Part shown: positions 38,901-54,270 of the stretch, one piece after another
Numbering within the stretch: the stretch's first letter is position 1
How the letters are laid out: each line of letters opens with the position of its first letter
Assembly (NCBI GenBank): GCA_051313645.2
Contig: JBNRSN020000010.1
Coordinates: forward strand, 1,922,001 to 1,986,000
DNA: 64,000 bases
DNA from: Centroscyllium fabricii
Taxonomy: Eukaryota
Reading direction: 5' to 3'
Made by a program: the position numbers and the translations under genes
The notes under the pieces: generated by a model
Database searches by the model: none
What the model was told of the DNA's origin: nothing
What the model saw: the letters and a program-made list of their open reading frames with translations, nothing else

Positions 38901-41900
38901 TGACCTCCGAACTGGCCGACTGATCCCTGGACTGACCGAATGACCCAAGGAGTGACTGACCGACACACGGACTGACTGATCTCCCGACCCAAGGACTGAC
39001 CGACTGACCCCTGTACTGACCGACTGATCCCTGGACTAACCAGCCGACCCCTGGACTGACCGATCAATCAACCCCCTGACTGACCGAACCCCGGACTGAC
39101 CGACTGACCCCAGACTGACCGACCGGTGCCCGGACTGACCGACCGACCCCCGGAATGACCGACCCCCGGACTGACCAATCAACCGACCCCCTGACTGACC
39201 GACCGCAGACTGACCGACCGACACCAGATTGACCGACTGACACCTGGTCTGACCGAAAGCCAGACTGACCGACCAACCCTCGGACAGACTGACTGACCCC
39301 CTGGATTGACCGAATGACCCCCGGACTGACCGACCGACCGGCCCCCGGACTGACTGACCGAACCCGGAGCGACTGTCCCCCAGACTGACCGACCGGCCCC
39401 TGGACTGACCGTCCGACACCCAGACTGACCAACCGTCCGCGGACTGACCCACCCCCAGACTGACCGCTCAACCGACCCCCCGACTGATGGACCGAGTGAC
39501 CCCTGGACTGAGTGACTGATCGCCGGTCTGACTGACCGACCCCCGGACTGACTGAACGACGCACCGACTGACCGACCGATCCCTGGACTGACCGACCCCC
39601 GAACTGACAGACCGACACCCAGACCCATGGACTGACCGACAGACCCCCGGGTTGACTGACTGACCCCTGGACTGACTGACCGACCCCTGGAATGACCGAC
39701 CGAACCCCGGACTGACCGACTGGCCCTCCGACTGACCGACCGAACCGCGGACTGACCAAACGACCCCAAGAATGGCCGATCCCCGGACTGACCGATCAAT
39801 CGAACCCCTGACTGACCGACCCCTCGAGTGACCGACCGACTCCCAGATTGACCGACTGACACCTGGTCTGACCGAATGCCGGACTGACCGATTGACCCCC
39901 GGACTGACCGACTGACCTCTAGACTGGCAGACCGACCCCAGACTGACCGAATGACCGCCGGACTGACCGACCCCGAGAATGACCGACCGACCCACGGAAT
40001 GACCGACCGAACCCCGGAGCGACCAAGCATCCCCGGGACTGACCGACCGACCCCTGGACTGTCCGACTGTCGGACGGACTGACCGACAACCGGACTCACC
40101 GACTAACCCCCGCAATGTGCAACCAGCCCCCGGACTGACCGACCGAACCACGGAATGACCGACCGACCCCCAGACTGACCGACTGAACCCCGTGGCTGAC
40201 CCACTGACCCCTGAACTGACCAATCCCTGGACTAACTGACTGACACCCGGACTGACCGACCACCGTACTGACCGACCCACAGACTGTCCGACAGAACAAC
40301 CCCCGGATTGACAGACTGTCCGACCCACAGACGGACCAAACTCCTCCCGGACTGAATGACCGACCCACAGTGACCGACAAACCGAACTCTGCTCTGAAGA
40401 ACTGACCAACACCCGGACTGACTAACCGGTACCCAGTGAGACTGACACCCGGACTGACCAAATGACCCCCGGACTGACCGACTGACCCCCGGACTGTCCG
40501 ACCTACCATCGGACTGACTGACCGATCCCTGGACTGACCGACTGACACCAGGACAGACTGACTGACCACCTTGATTGACCGAATGACCCCCAGACTGACC
40601 GACCGACCGACCGGCCCCCGGACTGACTGACCGACCCCGTACTGACTGTCCCCCAGACTGATCGTCCGGCCCCTGGACTGACCGACCGACCCCCAGACTG
40701 ACCAACCGACCGCGGACTGACTGACCCCCAGACTGACCGCTCAACCGACATGCCGACTGATGGACCGAGTGACCCCTGGACTGACTGACTGACCCCTGTC
40801 TGACTGACCAAGTGATTCCTGGACTGACCGACTAATCCCAGGACTGACCGACCGACCGACCCCCGGACTGACTGATCGAAGCACCGACTGACCGACCGAT
40901 CCCCGGACTGACCGACCCCCGAACTAACCGACCGAGTGACCCCTGGACTGACCAACCGACCTCCGGAGTGACCAACAAAATGACCCCTGGAATGACAGAC
41001 CGACCCCTGGACTGACTGACTGACCGACACCCGGACTGACCGACTGACCCCTGGACTGACCAACCGACTGAACTCCGAACTGACCGACTGATCCCTGGGC
41101 TGACCGAATCACCCACGGAGTGACTGACCGACACACGGACTGACTGACCTCCCGACCCACGGACTGACCGACTGACCCCCGTAATGACCGACCGATCCCT
41201 GGACTGACCAACTGACCACTGGACCGACCGATTGAACCCCGGACTGACCGCCCGACCCACCGACTGACCCCCAGACTGACCAACTGACCGCGGACTGACC
41301 GACTCCCAGACTGACCACTCAAGTGACCCCACGACTGATGGAACGAGTGACCCCTGGACTGACTGACTGATCCCCGGTCTGACTGACCGAGTGACTCCTG
41401 GACTGACCGACTAATCCCAGGACTGACCGGCCGACCGACACCCGGACTGACTGACCGACCGATCCCCGGACTGACCGACCCCCAAACTGACCGACCGAGC
41501 GACCCCTGGACTGACCGACCGACCCCTGGAGTGACCAACAAAGTGACCCCTGGAATGACTGAACGATCCCTGGACTGACTGACCGACCGACACCCAGCCT
41601 GACCGACTGACCCCCGGACTGACCGACCGACTGACCTCCGAACTGACCGAATGACCCACGGAGTGACTGACTGATACACGGACTGACTGACCTCCCGACC
41701 CACGGACTGACCGACTGACCCCCGTACTGACCGACTGATCCCTGGACTGACCAACCGACCCCTGGTCCGACCAATCGAACCCCGGACCGACCGCCCGACC
41801 CACCGACTGACCGACCGGCGCCCGGGCTGACCGACCGACCCCCGGACTGACCGACCGACCCCCGGACTGACCAACCGCAGACTGACCGACCAACCCCAGA

Positions 41901-43900
41901 CTGACCGACTGACACCTGGTCTGACCGAATGCCAGACTGACTGACCGACCCCCGGACAGACTGACTCACCCCCTGGATTGACCCAATGACCCCCTGACTA
42001 ACTGACCGACCGGCCCCCGGACTGACTGACTGACCACGGACAGACTGTCCCCCAGACTGACCGACCGACCCCTGGACTGACCGACCCCCAGACTGACCAA
42101 CCATCCGCGGACTGACCCACCCCCAGAATGACCGCTCAACCGACCCCCCGACTGATGGACCGAGTGACCCCTGCACTGAATGACTGATCCCCGGTCTGAC
42201 TGACTGAGTGAGTCCTGGACTGACCGACTAATCCCAGGACTGACCGACCGACCCCCGGACTGACTGACCGACGCACCGACTGACCGACCGATCCCCGGAC
42301 TGACCGACCCCCGAACTGACAGACCGACACCCAGACCCATGGACTGACCGACTGACCCCCCGGACTGACTGACCGACCCCTGGACTGACTGACCGACCCC
42401 TGGACCGACCGACCGACCCCTGGACTGACCGACTGACCCTCTGACTGACCGACCGAACCCCGGACTGACCGACCGACCCCAAGAATGACCGATCCCCGGA
42501 CTGACCGATCAATCAACCCCCCGACTGACCGACCCCTGGAGTGACTGACCGACTCCCAGACTGACCGACTGACACCTGGTCTGACCGAATGCCGGACTGA
42601 CCAATTGACCCCTGGACTGACCGACTAACCTCTAAACAGGCAGACCGACCCCAGACTGACCGAATGACCACCAGACAGACCGACGCCGAGAATAACCAAC
42701 CAACGCCCGGAATGACCACCCGTCTGACCTCCGAACTGGCCGACTGATCGCTGGACTGACCGAATGACCCACGGAGTGACTGACCGACACACGGACTGAC
42801 TGACCTTCCGACCCAAGGACTGACCGACTGACCCCCATACTGACCGACTGATCCCTGGACTAACCAACCGACCCCTGGACTGACCGACCCCCCGACTGAC
42901 CGATCAATCAACCCCGACTGACCGAACCCTGGACTGACCGACTGACCCCAGACTGACCAACCGGCGCCCGGACTGACCGACCGACCCCCGGACTGACCGA
43001 CCCCCGGACTGACCAATCAACCGACCCCCCGACCGCAGACTGACCGACCGACCCCAGATTGACCGACTGACACCTGGTCTGACCGAATGCCAGACTGACC
43101 GACCGACCCTCGGACAGACTGACTGAACCTCTGGATTGACCGAATGACCCCCGGATTGACCGACCGACCGGCCCCCGGACTGACTGACCGAGCCCGGAGC
43201 AACTGTCCCCCAGACTGACCGACCGACCCCTGGACTGACCGACCGACCCCCAGACTGACCAACCGTCCGCGGACTGACCCACCCCCAGACTGACAGCTCA
43301 ACTGACCCCCCGACTGATGGACCAAGTGACCCCTGGACTGACTGACTGATAGCCGGTCTGACTGACCGAGTGACTCCTGGACTGACCGACTAATCCCAGG
43401 ACTGACCGACCGACCCCCGGACTGACTGAACGACGCACCGAATGACCGACCGATCCCCGGACTGACCGACCACCGAACTGACAGACCGACACCCAGACCC
43501 ATGGACTGACTGACCGACCCCTGGAGTGACCGACCGACTCCCAGATTGACCGACTGACACCTAGTCTGACCGAATGCCGGACTGACCGATTGACCCCGGG
43601 ACTGACCGACTGACCTCTAGACTGGCAGACTGACCCCAGACTGACCAAATGACCGCCGGAATGACCGACCCCGAGAATGACCGACCGACCCCCGGAATAA
43701 CCGACCGAACCCCAGAGCGACCAAGCATCCCCGGGACTGACCGACCGACCCCCGGACTGTCCGACTGTCGGACGGACTGACCGACAACCGGACTCACCGA
43801 CTAACCCCCGCAATGTGCAACCAGCCCCCGGACTGACCGACCGAACCACGGACTGACTGTCGACCCCCGGACTGACCGATCCCCGGAATGGCAGACTGAC
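33000..43900. repeat. HOR domain with ~3.7-3.8-kb period (about 3 copies)
   Basis: ctaacccccgcaatgtgcaaccagccccc occurs at ~36312, ~40103 and ~43801. ORF ends at 35692, 39468 and 43298 give the same period. Confidence 0.75.
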
Positions 43901-46900
43901 CCCCGGGCTGTCCGACCGACCCCCGGGCTGACCGACTGACCCCTGAACTGACTGATCTCTTGACTAACGGACTGACCCCCGGACTAACCGACCACCGTAC
44001 TGACCGACCCCTGGACTGTCCGATGGCACGACCCCTGGACTGACCAACTGACCGGCCCCGGACTGACTGACCGACTCCCGGACTGACCGACTGACCGACT
44101 GACCCTCAGACTGACCGATGGACCGAGCTCCGGTCTGAACAACTGACCAAACACTGGACTGACTGACTGACGCACTGAGTGACCGACCAATCCCCGGACT
44201 GACCGACCAATCCCCGGACTGACCGACCCCCGAACTGAACACCGGTTTGACTGACCGACTGACCCCCGAACTGACCGACCGACCCCTGGACTGACCGAAT
44301 GACCCACGGGGTGACTGGCCGACACCCGGACTGACTGACCTCCCAACCCACGGACTGACTGACCGACCCTCAGACTGACTGACCGACCCCTGGACTGACC
44401 GACCGATCCCTGGACCGACGGACCGAACCCCTGACTGACCGACCGACCCCCGGACTGACCGACCCCTAGAATGACTGATCAATCAACCCCCTGACTGACC
44501 GACCACCGGACTGACCGACCGACCCCCAGACTGACTGACTGACATCAGGTCTGACCAAACGCCGGACAGACCGACCGACCCCCAGACTGACCGACTGACC
44601 CCTAGATTGGCAGACCGACCCCCAGATGAACGAATGAACCCCGGACTGAATGACCGAGCCCAGGAATGACTGACCGAACCCTGGACCGACCAAGCATCCC
44701 TGGGACTGACATACCAACCCCTGGACTGTCCGACCCCCGGACTGACTGACCGACCCCCGGACTGACCGACTGACCGAGCCCGGCACTGACCGACCGACCC
44801 CCGGACTGACCGACCAACCCCAGCAATGAGCGACCAACCCCGGACTGACTGTCTGACCCCCGGACTGACTGATCCCTGGATTGGCAGACCAATCCCTGGA
44901 CTGCCCGACCGACCCCTGGGCTGACCTACTGACCCCTGAACTGACCGATCCCTGGGCTAACTGACTGACCCCCGGACTGATCGACCACCGTACTGACCGA
45001 CCACCGGACTGTATGACGGAAAGACCCCCAGACTGATGGACTGACCGTACCCCGGGCTGACCGACCAACTCACAGACTGACCGACAGACCCTCAGACTGA
45101 CCGACCGACCAAACTCCTGTCTGAACAACTGACCAACCCCCGGACTGACTGACCGGTACCCGGACAGACCCACACCTGGATTGACTGAATGACCCCCCGG
45201 ACTGACTGAACCACGGAATGACTGACCAACAACCGGACTGACCGAGGGAGCCCCAGACTGACTGACTGACCGAACCCCAAACTGACCGACTGACCACCGG
45301 ACTGACTGACCGATCCCTGGACTGACCGACCGATACCCGGACAGACCGACTGACCCCCTGGACTGACTGAATGATCCCCGGACTGACCGACCGACCGGCC
45401 ACCGGACTGACTGACTGACCCGGACTGACTGTCCCCCAGACTTGGCGACCGACCCCTGGACTGACAGACCGACCCCCGAACTGACTGACCGACCCCTGGA
45501 CTGACCGACCGACCGACCCCCAGATTGACCGATCGACCCCTGGACTGACTGACCGACCGACCCCCGGGCTGACAGACCAACCCCCGGACTGACAGACCGA
45601 TCCCCAAACTGACCAAAAGACCCCCGGATTGACAGGGAGCCTGACACACGCACTGACTGGACAGCCCAATCATCCGACACCCGGACTGACCGACCGACCG
45701 AAGCCCGGGTCTGACCGACCTACCCCTGGGCTTTCTGACAGATAAACACCCGAACTGACTGACCGGCCCCCGGACTTACCGACTGTTCGATCCGCGGACT
45801 GACCGATCGATCCCTGGACTGAGCGATTGACCAACCCCCCGGACTGACTGACCGAGTGACCCCTGGACTGACTGACCGATTCCTGGTCTGACTGACCGAG
45901 TGACCCCTGGACTGACCGACTTTTCCCAGGACCGACCAACCGACCGACCCCCGGACTGACTAACCGACGCACTGACTAACTGACCGATCCCCGGACTGAC
46001 CGACACCCAAACTGACTGACCGACAGCCAGACTGACCGACCGAGTAACACCGGGACTGATCGACCGACCCCCGGACTGACCAAGAAAGTGACCCCTGGAA
46101 TGACCGACCGACCCCTGGATTGCTGAACGACCGACCCCCGGACTGACCGTCAGACTGACCACCGAACTGACCGACCGACCGCTGCACTGACCGAATGACC
46201 CACGGAGTGACTGGCCGACACCCAGACTGACTGACCACCCGACCCACGGACTAACTGACTGACCCTTGGACTGACCGACCGACCCCTGGACTGACCGACT
46301 GGTCCCTGGAATGACGGACCATACCCCGGAATGACCGACCGCCCCCCGGACTGACTGACCGACCAACCCCTGGACGGACTGACCGACCGAATTCCGGTTT
46401 GACCGACTGACCCGCGGACTGACTGACCGAACCCCGGACCGACCGACCGCCCCCCGGAAAGACCGATCGACCCCCAGACTGACCGACCGACCATCGAACT
46501 GTCCGTTTTACCCCTGGACTGATTGACCGTCCGACACCCGGAGTATCCGACCGACTGACCCCCGGACTGACTGACCGACCCCTGGGCTAACCGACCGTCC
46601 GACCGCTGTACTGAACGACCAACCCCCAGACTGACTGAATCTCCGACCCACGGACTGACCGATCGACCCCTGGACTGATGGACCGACCCCCGGACTGACC
46701 AACCGACCGACCCCGTACCGATCGACTGACACCTGGACCGACCGACTGACCCCCAGACCGATCGCTCAACACCCGGACTGACAGACCGAACCCTGGACTG
46801 ACCGACCGACCCCTGAACAGACCGACTAACCTCCAGAATGACCGACCGAACTCCAGACTGACTGACTGACCTCCGGACTGACCAACCGACCGGCAGACTG

Positions 46901-49900
46901 ACTGACCAACCGAACCCCAGACTGACCGACCGACCCCCGGACTGACCGACCGATCCCCGGACTGACCGACCGATCCCCGGACTGACCGACTGGACACCAG
47001 ACCGACCGACTGCCCCCCGGACTGACTGATCGACCCCCGGACTGACCGACTGACCCCCGAACTGTCCGACCGACCAACCCCTGGACTGACTGACCGACCG
47101 ACTCCTGGACTGACCGACTGACCCGCGGACTGACTGCCCGACACCTGGACTCACCGACCGATCCTCGGACTGACCAACTGGACACGAGACCAACCGACCG
47201 CCCCCCGGACTGACCAACCGACTGACCCCGTACCGATCGACTGACACCTGGACCGACCGACCGACCCCCGGACCCATCAATCAACACCCGGACTGACAGA
47301 CCGAACCCTGGACTGACCGACCGACACCTGGACAGACCGACCGACCACCGGAATGACCGACATAACCCCAGACTGGCTGACCGACCTCTGGACTGACGAA
47401 CCGACCAGCAGACTGACCGACTGACCGACCCCCGGACTGACCGACCGACCCCCGGACTGACCGACCGATAACCAACTGACCGACTGATGACCCCCGGACT
47501 GACTGTCCGACCAACACCTGGACGGACTGACCGACCGAGTCCCGGACTGACCGACTGACCCGCCGACTGACCGACCGACCCCCGGACTGACCGACCGATT
47601 CCCCGACTGACCGACCGATTCCCCGACTGACCGACCGATTCCCCGACTGACCGACCGATTCCCCGGACTGACCGACCGATCCCCGGACTGACCGACCGGA
47701 CACCAGACTGACCGACCGACCCCCGGACTGACCGACCGACCCCCGGACTGACCGACCGACCCCCGGACTGACCGATCGACCCCCGGACTGACCGATCGAC
47801 CCCCGGACTGACCGATCGACCCCCGAACTGTCCAACCGACCCCCGGACTGATCGACCGTCTGACACCCGGATATCCGACCGACTGACCCCCGGACTGACT
47901 GACCAACCCCTGGACTGACCGACACCCGGACTGACCAATCAATCGACCCCCTAACTGATCGACCCCAGGACTGACCGACCCACCCCAGACTGACCGCCTG
48001 AGACCTGGTCGGACCGAAGGCGGGACTGACCGACCGAACCCCAGACTGACGGACTGAACCCTAGACTGGCAGACCGACTCCCAGACTGACCGAATGACCT
48101 CCGGACTGACCAACCCCGAGAATGAGCGACCGACCCCCGGAATGTCCGACCGAACCCCGGAGCGACCAAGCATCCCCGGGACTGACCGACCGACCCCCGG
48201 ACTGTCCGACCCTCGGACTGACGGACGGACCCCCGGACTGACCAACCGACGCCCAGACCAACCGACCAAACCCGCAATGAGCAAACAACCCCTGAACCGA
48301 CCGAACCCCAGACTGACTGTGCAACCACCGGAGTGACCGATCCCCGCAATGGCAGACCGACCCCCGGGCTGACCGACAGACCCCCGGGCTGACCGACTGA
48401 CCCCTGAACTGACTGATCCCTGGACTAACTGACTGACCACTGGACTGACCGACCACCATACTGACTGACCCCCGGAGTGTCCGACGGAACGACCCATGGA
48501 CTGACCAACCCCCAGACTGACAGACCGACACCCGGACTGACTTCCGACCCACAGGCTGACTGAATGACCGAACTCCGGTCTGGACAACTGACCAACCCTC
48601 GGACTGACTGGCCGGTACCCGGACAGACCAACCCCTGGACTGACCGAATGACCCCCGGACTGACCGAACCCCAGAATGACTGACCAACAACCCTACTGAC
48701 TGAACAAGCCCCAGATAGACTGACTGACCGAACCCCAAACCGACCGACCGACCACCGGACTGACTGACCGATTCTTGGACTGACCGACTGACACACGGAC
48801 GGACCGAATGACCCCCTGGACTGACCGACCGACATCTGGACTGAGAGACCAACCCCCGGACTGACCGACCGACTTCCAGACTGACTGACCGACCCCCGGA
48901 TTGACCGGGCACCTGACATCCGAACTGATCAACCAACTCCTGGACACCCCAATCATCCGACACCCGGACTGACCGACCGAACGAACCCCGGGTCTGACCG
49001 ACCAAACCCTGGGCGAACTGACCGATCGACACCCAAACTGACTGACCGACCCCCGGACTTACCGACCGTCCGACCCGCAAACTGACTGATTGACCCCCGG
49101 ACTGAGCGATTGACCAACCCCACGGACTGACTGACCGAGTGACCCCTGGACTGACCGACGGATCCCCGGTCCGACTGACCAAGTTACCCATGGACTGACC
49201 GACTATACCCAGGACTGACCGACCGACCGACCCCCGGACTGACTGACCGACGCACTGACTGACCGACCGGTCCCCGGACTGACCGACCCCCGAATTGACT
49301 GACCGACACCCAGGCTGACCGACCGAGTGACCCCTGGACTGACCGACCCCCGGACTAACGAACAAACTGACCCCTGGAATGACCGACCGTCCCCTGGACT
49401 GACCGACCGACCGACCCCCAGACGAACTGAACGACCGACCCCTGGACTGACCGAATGACCCACGGAGTGACTGACCGACACCCGGACTGACTCACCTCCC
49501 GACCCACGGACTGACTGACCAACCCTCGGACTGACCGACCGACCCCTGGACTGACCGACCGACCCCTGGACTGATGGAACGAAACCTGGACTGACCGACC
49601 GTCCCCCGGACTGACCGACCAACTCCCGGACTGACCGACCCATGGAATGACTGATCAATTGACACCCTGACTGACCGACCACCGGACTGACCGACCGAAC
49701 CCCAGACTGACCTACTGACACCTGAGCGACCGACTCCCGGACTGACCGACTGTCCCCTAGACTGGCAGGCCGACCCCCAGACTGACCAAATGACCCCCGG
49801 ACTGACCGACCGACCCCGTGAATGACCGCCCGAACTCCTGACCAACCGAGCATCCCCGGGACTGACTGACCGACCCCCCGATTGACCAACCGAACCCCAG

Positions 49901-50400
49901 ACCGACCGACCAACCCCCGGCCTGACTGACCTTACCCCATACTGACTGAAACCTGGATTGGCAGACCAACTCCTGAACTGACCGACCGTCCCCCTGGCTG
50001 ACCGACTGACCCCTGAACTGACTGATTCCTGGACTAACTGACTGACTCAGGTACTGATCGATCACCATACTGACTGACCCCTGGACTGTCCGACGGGATG
50101 ATCCCCGGACTGACCGACTGACCGACCCCCGTACTGACCGACCGACCCTCAGACTGACCGACCGAACGAACTCTGGTCTGAACAACTGACCAACCCCCGG
50201 ACTGACTGACCGGTACCCGGGCAGACCGGCCCCCGTACTTACCGAATGACTCACGGACTGACCAAACCCCGGAATGACTGACCGAACTTTGGACTGACCA
50301 ACCGTCCGACCACTGACCTGAACGTCCGACCCCCGGACTGACCAATCGACCCCCGGATTGATTGAGCGATCTCCGGAATGAACAATTGACCGAACCCCGG
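43900..50400. repeat. More diverged transitional HOR domain (~1.7-kb module)
   Basis: aatcatccgacacccgg at ~45668 and ~48951; ccctaga(c/t)tggcag at ~44600, ~48059 and ~49755. Copies visibly differ more than in neighbouring domains. Confidence 0.55.
47581..47825. repeat. Near-pure 20-bp tandem array
   Basis: Consecutive ccccgactgaccgaccgatt, ccccggactgaccgaccgac and ccccggactgaccgatcgac units. Confidence 0.85.
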
Positions 50401-53400
50401 ACTGACAGAGCGAAGACCCCCGGACTGACCGACCGAGTGGCCCCTGGACTCTTTGGCCGACCCCCGGACTGACCGAACCCAGACCGACTGACCGAACCCC
50501 AGACTGACCGACCGAACCCCAGACTGACCGACCGACTGACGCCCGGACTGACCGACCGACCCACGGACTGACCGGCCGACCCCCGGACTGACCGACCGAA
50601 ACCCGTAGTGACCGACCGAACACCGGACCGACCGACTGATCCCTGGTCTGTCCGACTGACCCCCGGACTGACTGAATGACCGACACCCAGACTGACCGAC
50701 TGAACCCTGGACTGACCGACCCCCGGACTGACTGACTGATCACCGGACCGACCGACCGATCGACCCCCGGACCAACCGACTGACCACATACTGACTGACC
50801 GAACCCCGCACTGACCTACCGACCACCGGAATGATCGACTGACCCCCGGACTGACCGACCGACGAATCCTGCATTGACCGTACGACTCCTGTACTGACCG
50901 ACTGACCCCCGGACCAATCAACTGACACTCTGACTGACTGAGAACCCCGGATTGACTGACTGACCCACGGACTGACTGACCAACCCCCGGAATGACCGAC
51001 TGAACCCCAGACTGACTGACCAACCCCCAGACTGACCGACCGACTGGCAGACTGACCACCCGACCGACCCCCAGACTGACCAGCTGATCACCGACTGACC
51101 GACTGTCCAATCACTGGACTGACTGACCGACCGACCCCTGGACGGATTGACCGACATACCCCCAGACTGACCGACTGACCCCTGGACTGACCGACCGACC
51201 CCCTGACTGACCGACCGAACACCGACTGACCGACCGACCCCTGGACTGACCGACCGCCCCCCGGACTGACCAACAGACCGACCCTGTACTGATTGACTGA
51301 CACCTGGTCCGACTGACCGACCCCCGGACCGATCGATCGACACCCGGACTGACAGATGAACCCTAGACAGACCGACCGACCCCTGGACAGACCGACTGAC
51401 CTCCGGAATGACTGTCTGACTGGCAGACTGACCGACATACCGACCCCCGGAATGACTGACCGCCCCCCAGACTGACTGACCGACCAACCCCTGGACGGAC
51501 TGACCGACCAAATCCCAGTTTGACCGACTGACCCACGGACTGACTGACCGAACCCCGGACCGACCGACCGCCCCCCGGACTGACCGATCGACCCCCGGAC
51601 TGACCGACCGACCATCGAACTGTCCGTTTTACCCCTGGACTGATTGACCGTCCGACACCCGGAGTATCCGACCGACTGACCCCCGGACTGACTGACCGAC
51701 CCCTGGGCTAACCGACCGTCCGACCGCTGTACTGAACGACCGACACCCAGACTGACTGAATCTCCGAACCACGGACTGACCGATCGACCCCTGGACTGAC
51801 GGACCGACCCCCAGACTGACCAACCGACCGACCCCGTACCGATCGACTGACACCTGGACCGACCGACCGACCCTCGGACCGATCGATCAACACCCGGACT
51901 GACAGGCCGAACCCTGGACTGACCGACCGACCCCTGAACAGACCGACTGACCTCCGGAATGACCGACCGAACTCCAGACTGACTGACTGACCTCCGGACT
52001 GACAAACCGACCGGCAGACTGACTGACCGACCGAACCCCAGACTGACCGACCGAACCCCAGACTGACCGACCGAACCCCAGACTGACCGACCGAACCCCG
52101 GACTGACCGACCGACCCCCGGACTGACCGACCGATCACCAACTGACCGACTGACGACCCCAGACTGACTGTCTGACCGACCCCTGGACGGACTGACCGAC
52201 CGACTCCCGGACTGACTGACTGAACCGCCGACTGACCGACCGACCCCCAGACTGACCGACCGATCACCGGACTGACCGACCGATCCCCGGACTGACCGAC
52301 CGATCCCCGGACTGACCGACCGATCCCCGGACTGACCGACCGTTCCCCGGACTGACCGACTGGACACCAGACCGACCGACTGCCCCCCGGACTGACTGAT
52401 CGACCCCCGGACTGACCGACTGACCCCTGAACTGTCCGACCGACCAACCCCTGGACGGACTGACCGACCGACTCCCGGACTGACCGACTGATCCGCGGAC
52501 TGACTGACCGACACCCGGACTCACCGACCGATCCTCGGACTGACCAACGGGACACGAGACCAACCGACCGCCCCCCAGACTGACCGATCGACCTCTGGAC
52601 TGACCGACCAACCATCGAACTGTCCGACTGACCCCCGGACTGACTGACCGCCGACACCCGGAGTATCCGACCGACTGACCGCTGGACTGACCGACCCCTG
52701 GAATGACCGACCGTCCGACCGCTGCACTGACCGACCGACCCCCGGACTGACCAACCGATCGACCCCGTACCGATCGACTGACACCTGGACCCACCGACCG
52801 ACCCCCGGACCGATCAATCAACACCCGGACTGACAGACCGAACACTGGACTGACCGACCGACCCCTGGACAGACCGACCGACCTCCGGAATGACCGACCG
52901 AACTCCAGACTGACTGACCGACCTCTGGACTGACCAACTGACCGGCAGACTGACCGACTGACCGACCCCCGGACTGACTGACCGACCCCCGGACTGACCG
53001 ACTGATCACCAACTGACCGACTGATCACCAACTGACCGACTGACGACCCGGGACTGACTGACCGACCGACCCCCGGACTGACTGACCGATCCCCGAACTG
53101 ACCGACCGACCCCCGGACTGATCGACTGTCTGACACCCGGATATCCGACCGACTGACCCCCGGACTGACTGACTGACCCCTGGACTGACTGAACCCTGGA
53201 CTGACCGATCAATCGACCCTCTGACTGACCGACCCCAGGACTGACCGACCCACCCCAGACTGACCGACTGAGACCTGGTCTGACCGAAGGCCGGACTGAC
53301 CGACCGAACCCCAGACTGACCGACTGACCCCTAGACTGGCAGACCGACTCCCAGACTGACCAAATGACCCCCGGACAGACCAACCCTGAGAATGAGCGAC

Positions 53401-54270
53401 CGAAATCCGGAATGACCGACCGACCCCCGGACTGTCCGACCCTCGGACTGACTGACTGAACCCCGTACTGACTGACCGAACCCCGCACTGACCTACCGAC
53501 CCCCGGAATGATCGACTGACCCCCGGACTGACCGACCGACCAATCCTGCATTGACCGTACGATTCCTGTACTGACCGACTGACCCCCGGACCAATCAACT
53601 GACATTCTGACTGACTGAGAACCCCGGATTGACCGACTGACCCACGGACTGACTGACCAACCCCCGGAATGACCGACTGAACCCCAGACTGACTGACCAA
53701 CCCCCAGACTGACCGACCGACAGGCAGACTGACCACCCGACCGACCCCCAGACTGACCAGCTGATCACCGACTGACAGACTGTCCAATCACTGGACTGAC
53801 TGAGCGACCGACCCCTGATCAGGTTGACCGACATACCCCCAGACTGACCGACTGACCCCCTGGACTGACCGACCGACCCCCTGACTGACCGACCGAACAC
53901 CGACTGACCGACCGACCCCTGGACTGACCGACCGACCCCCGGACTGACCAACAGACCGACCCTGTACTGATTGACTGACACCTGGTCCGACTGACCGACC
54001 CCCGGACCGATCGATCGACACCCGGACTGACAGATGAACCCTAGACTGACCGACCGACCCCTGGACAGACCGACTGACCTCCGGAATGACTGTCTGACTG
54101 GCAGACTGACCGACATACCGACCCCCGGAATGACCGACCGCCCCCCGGACTGACTGACCGACCAACCCCTGGACGGACTGACCGACCAAATCCCGGTTTG
54201 ACCGAATGACACGCGGACTGACTGACCGAACCCCGGACCGACCGACCGCCCCCCGGACTGACCGATCGAC

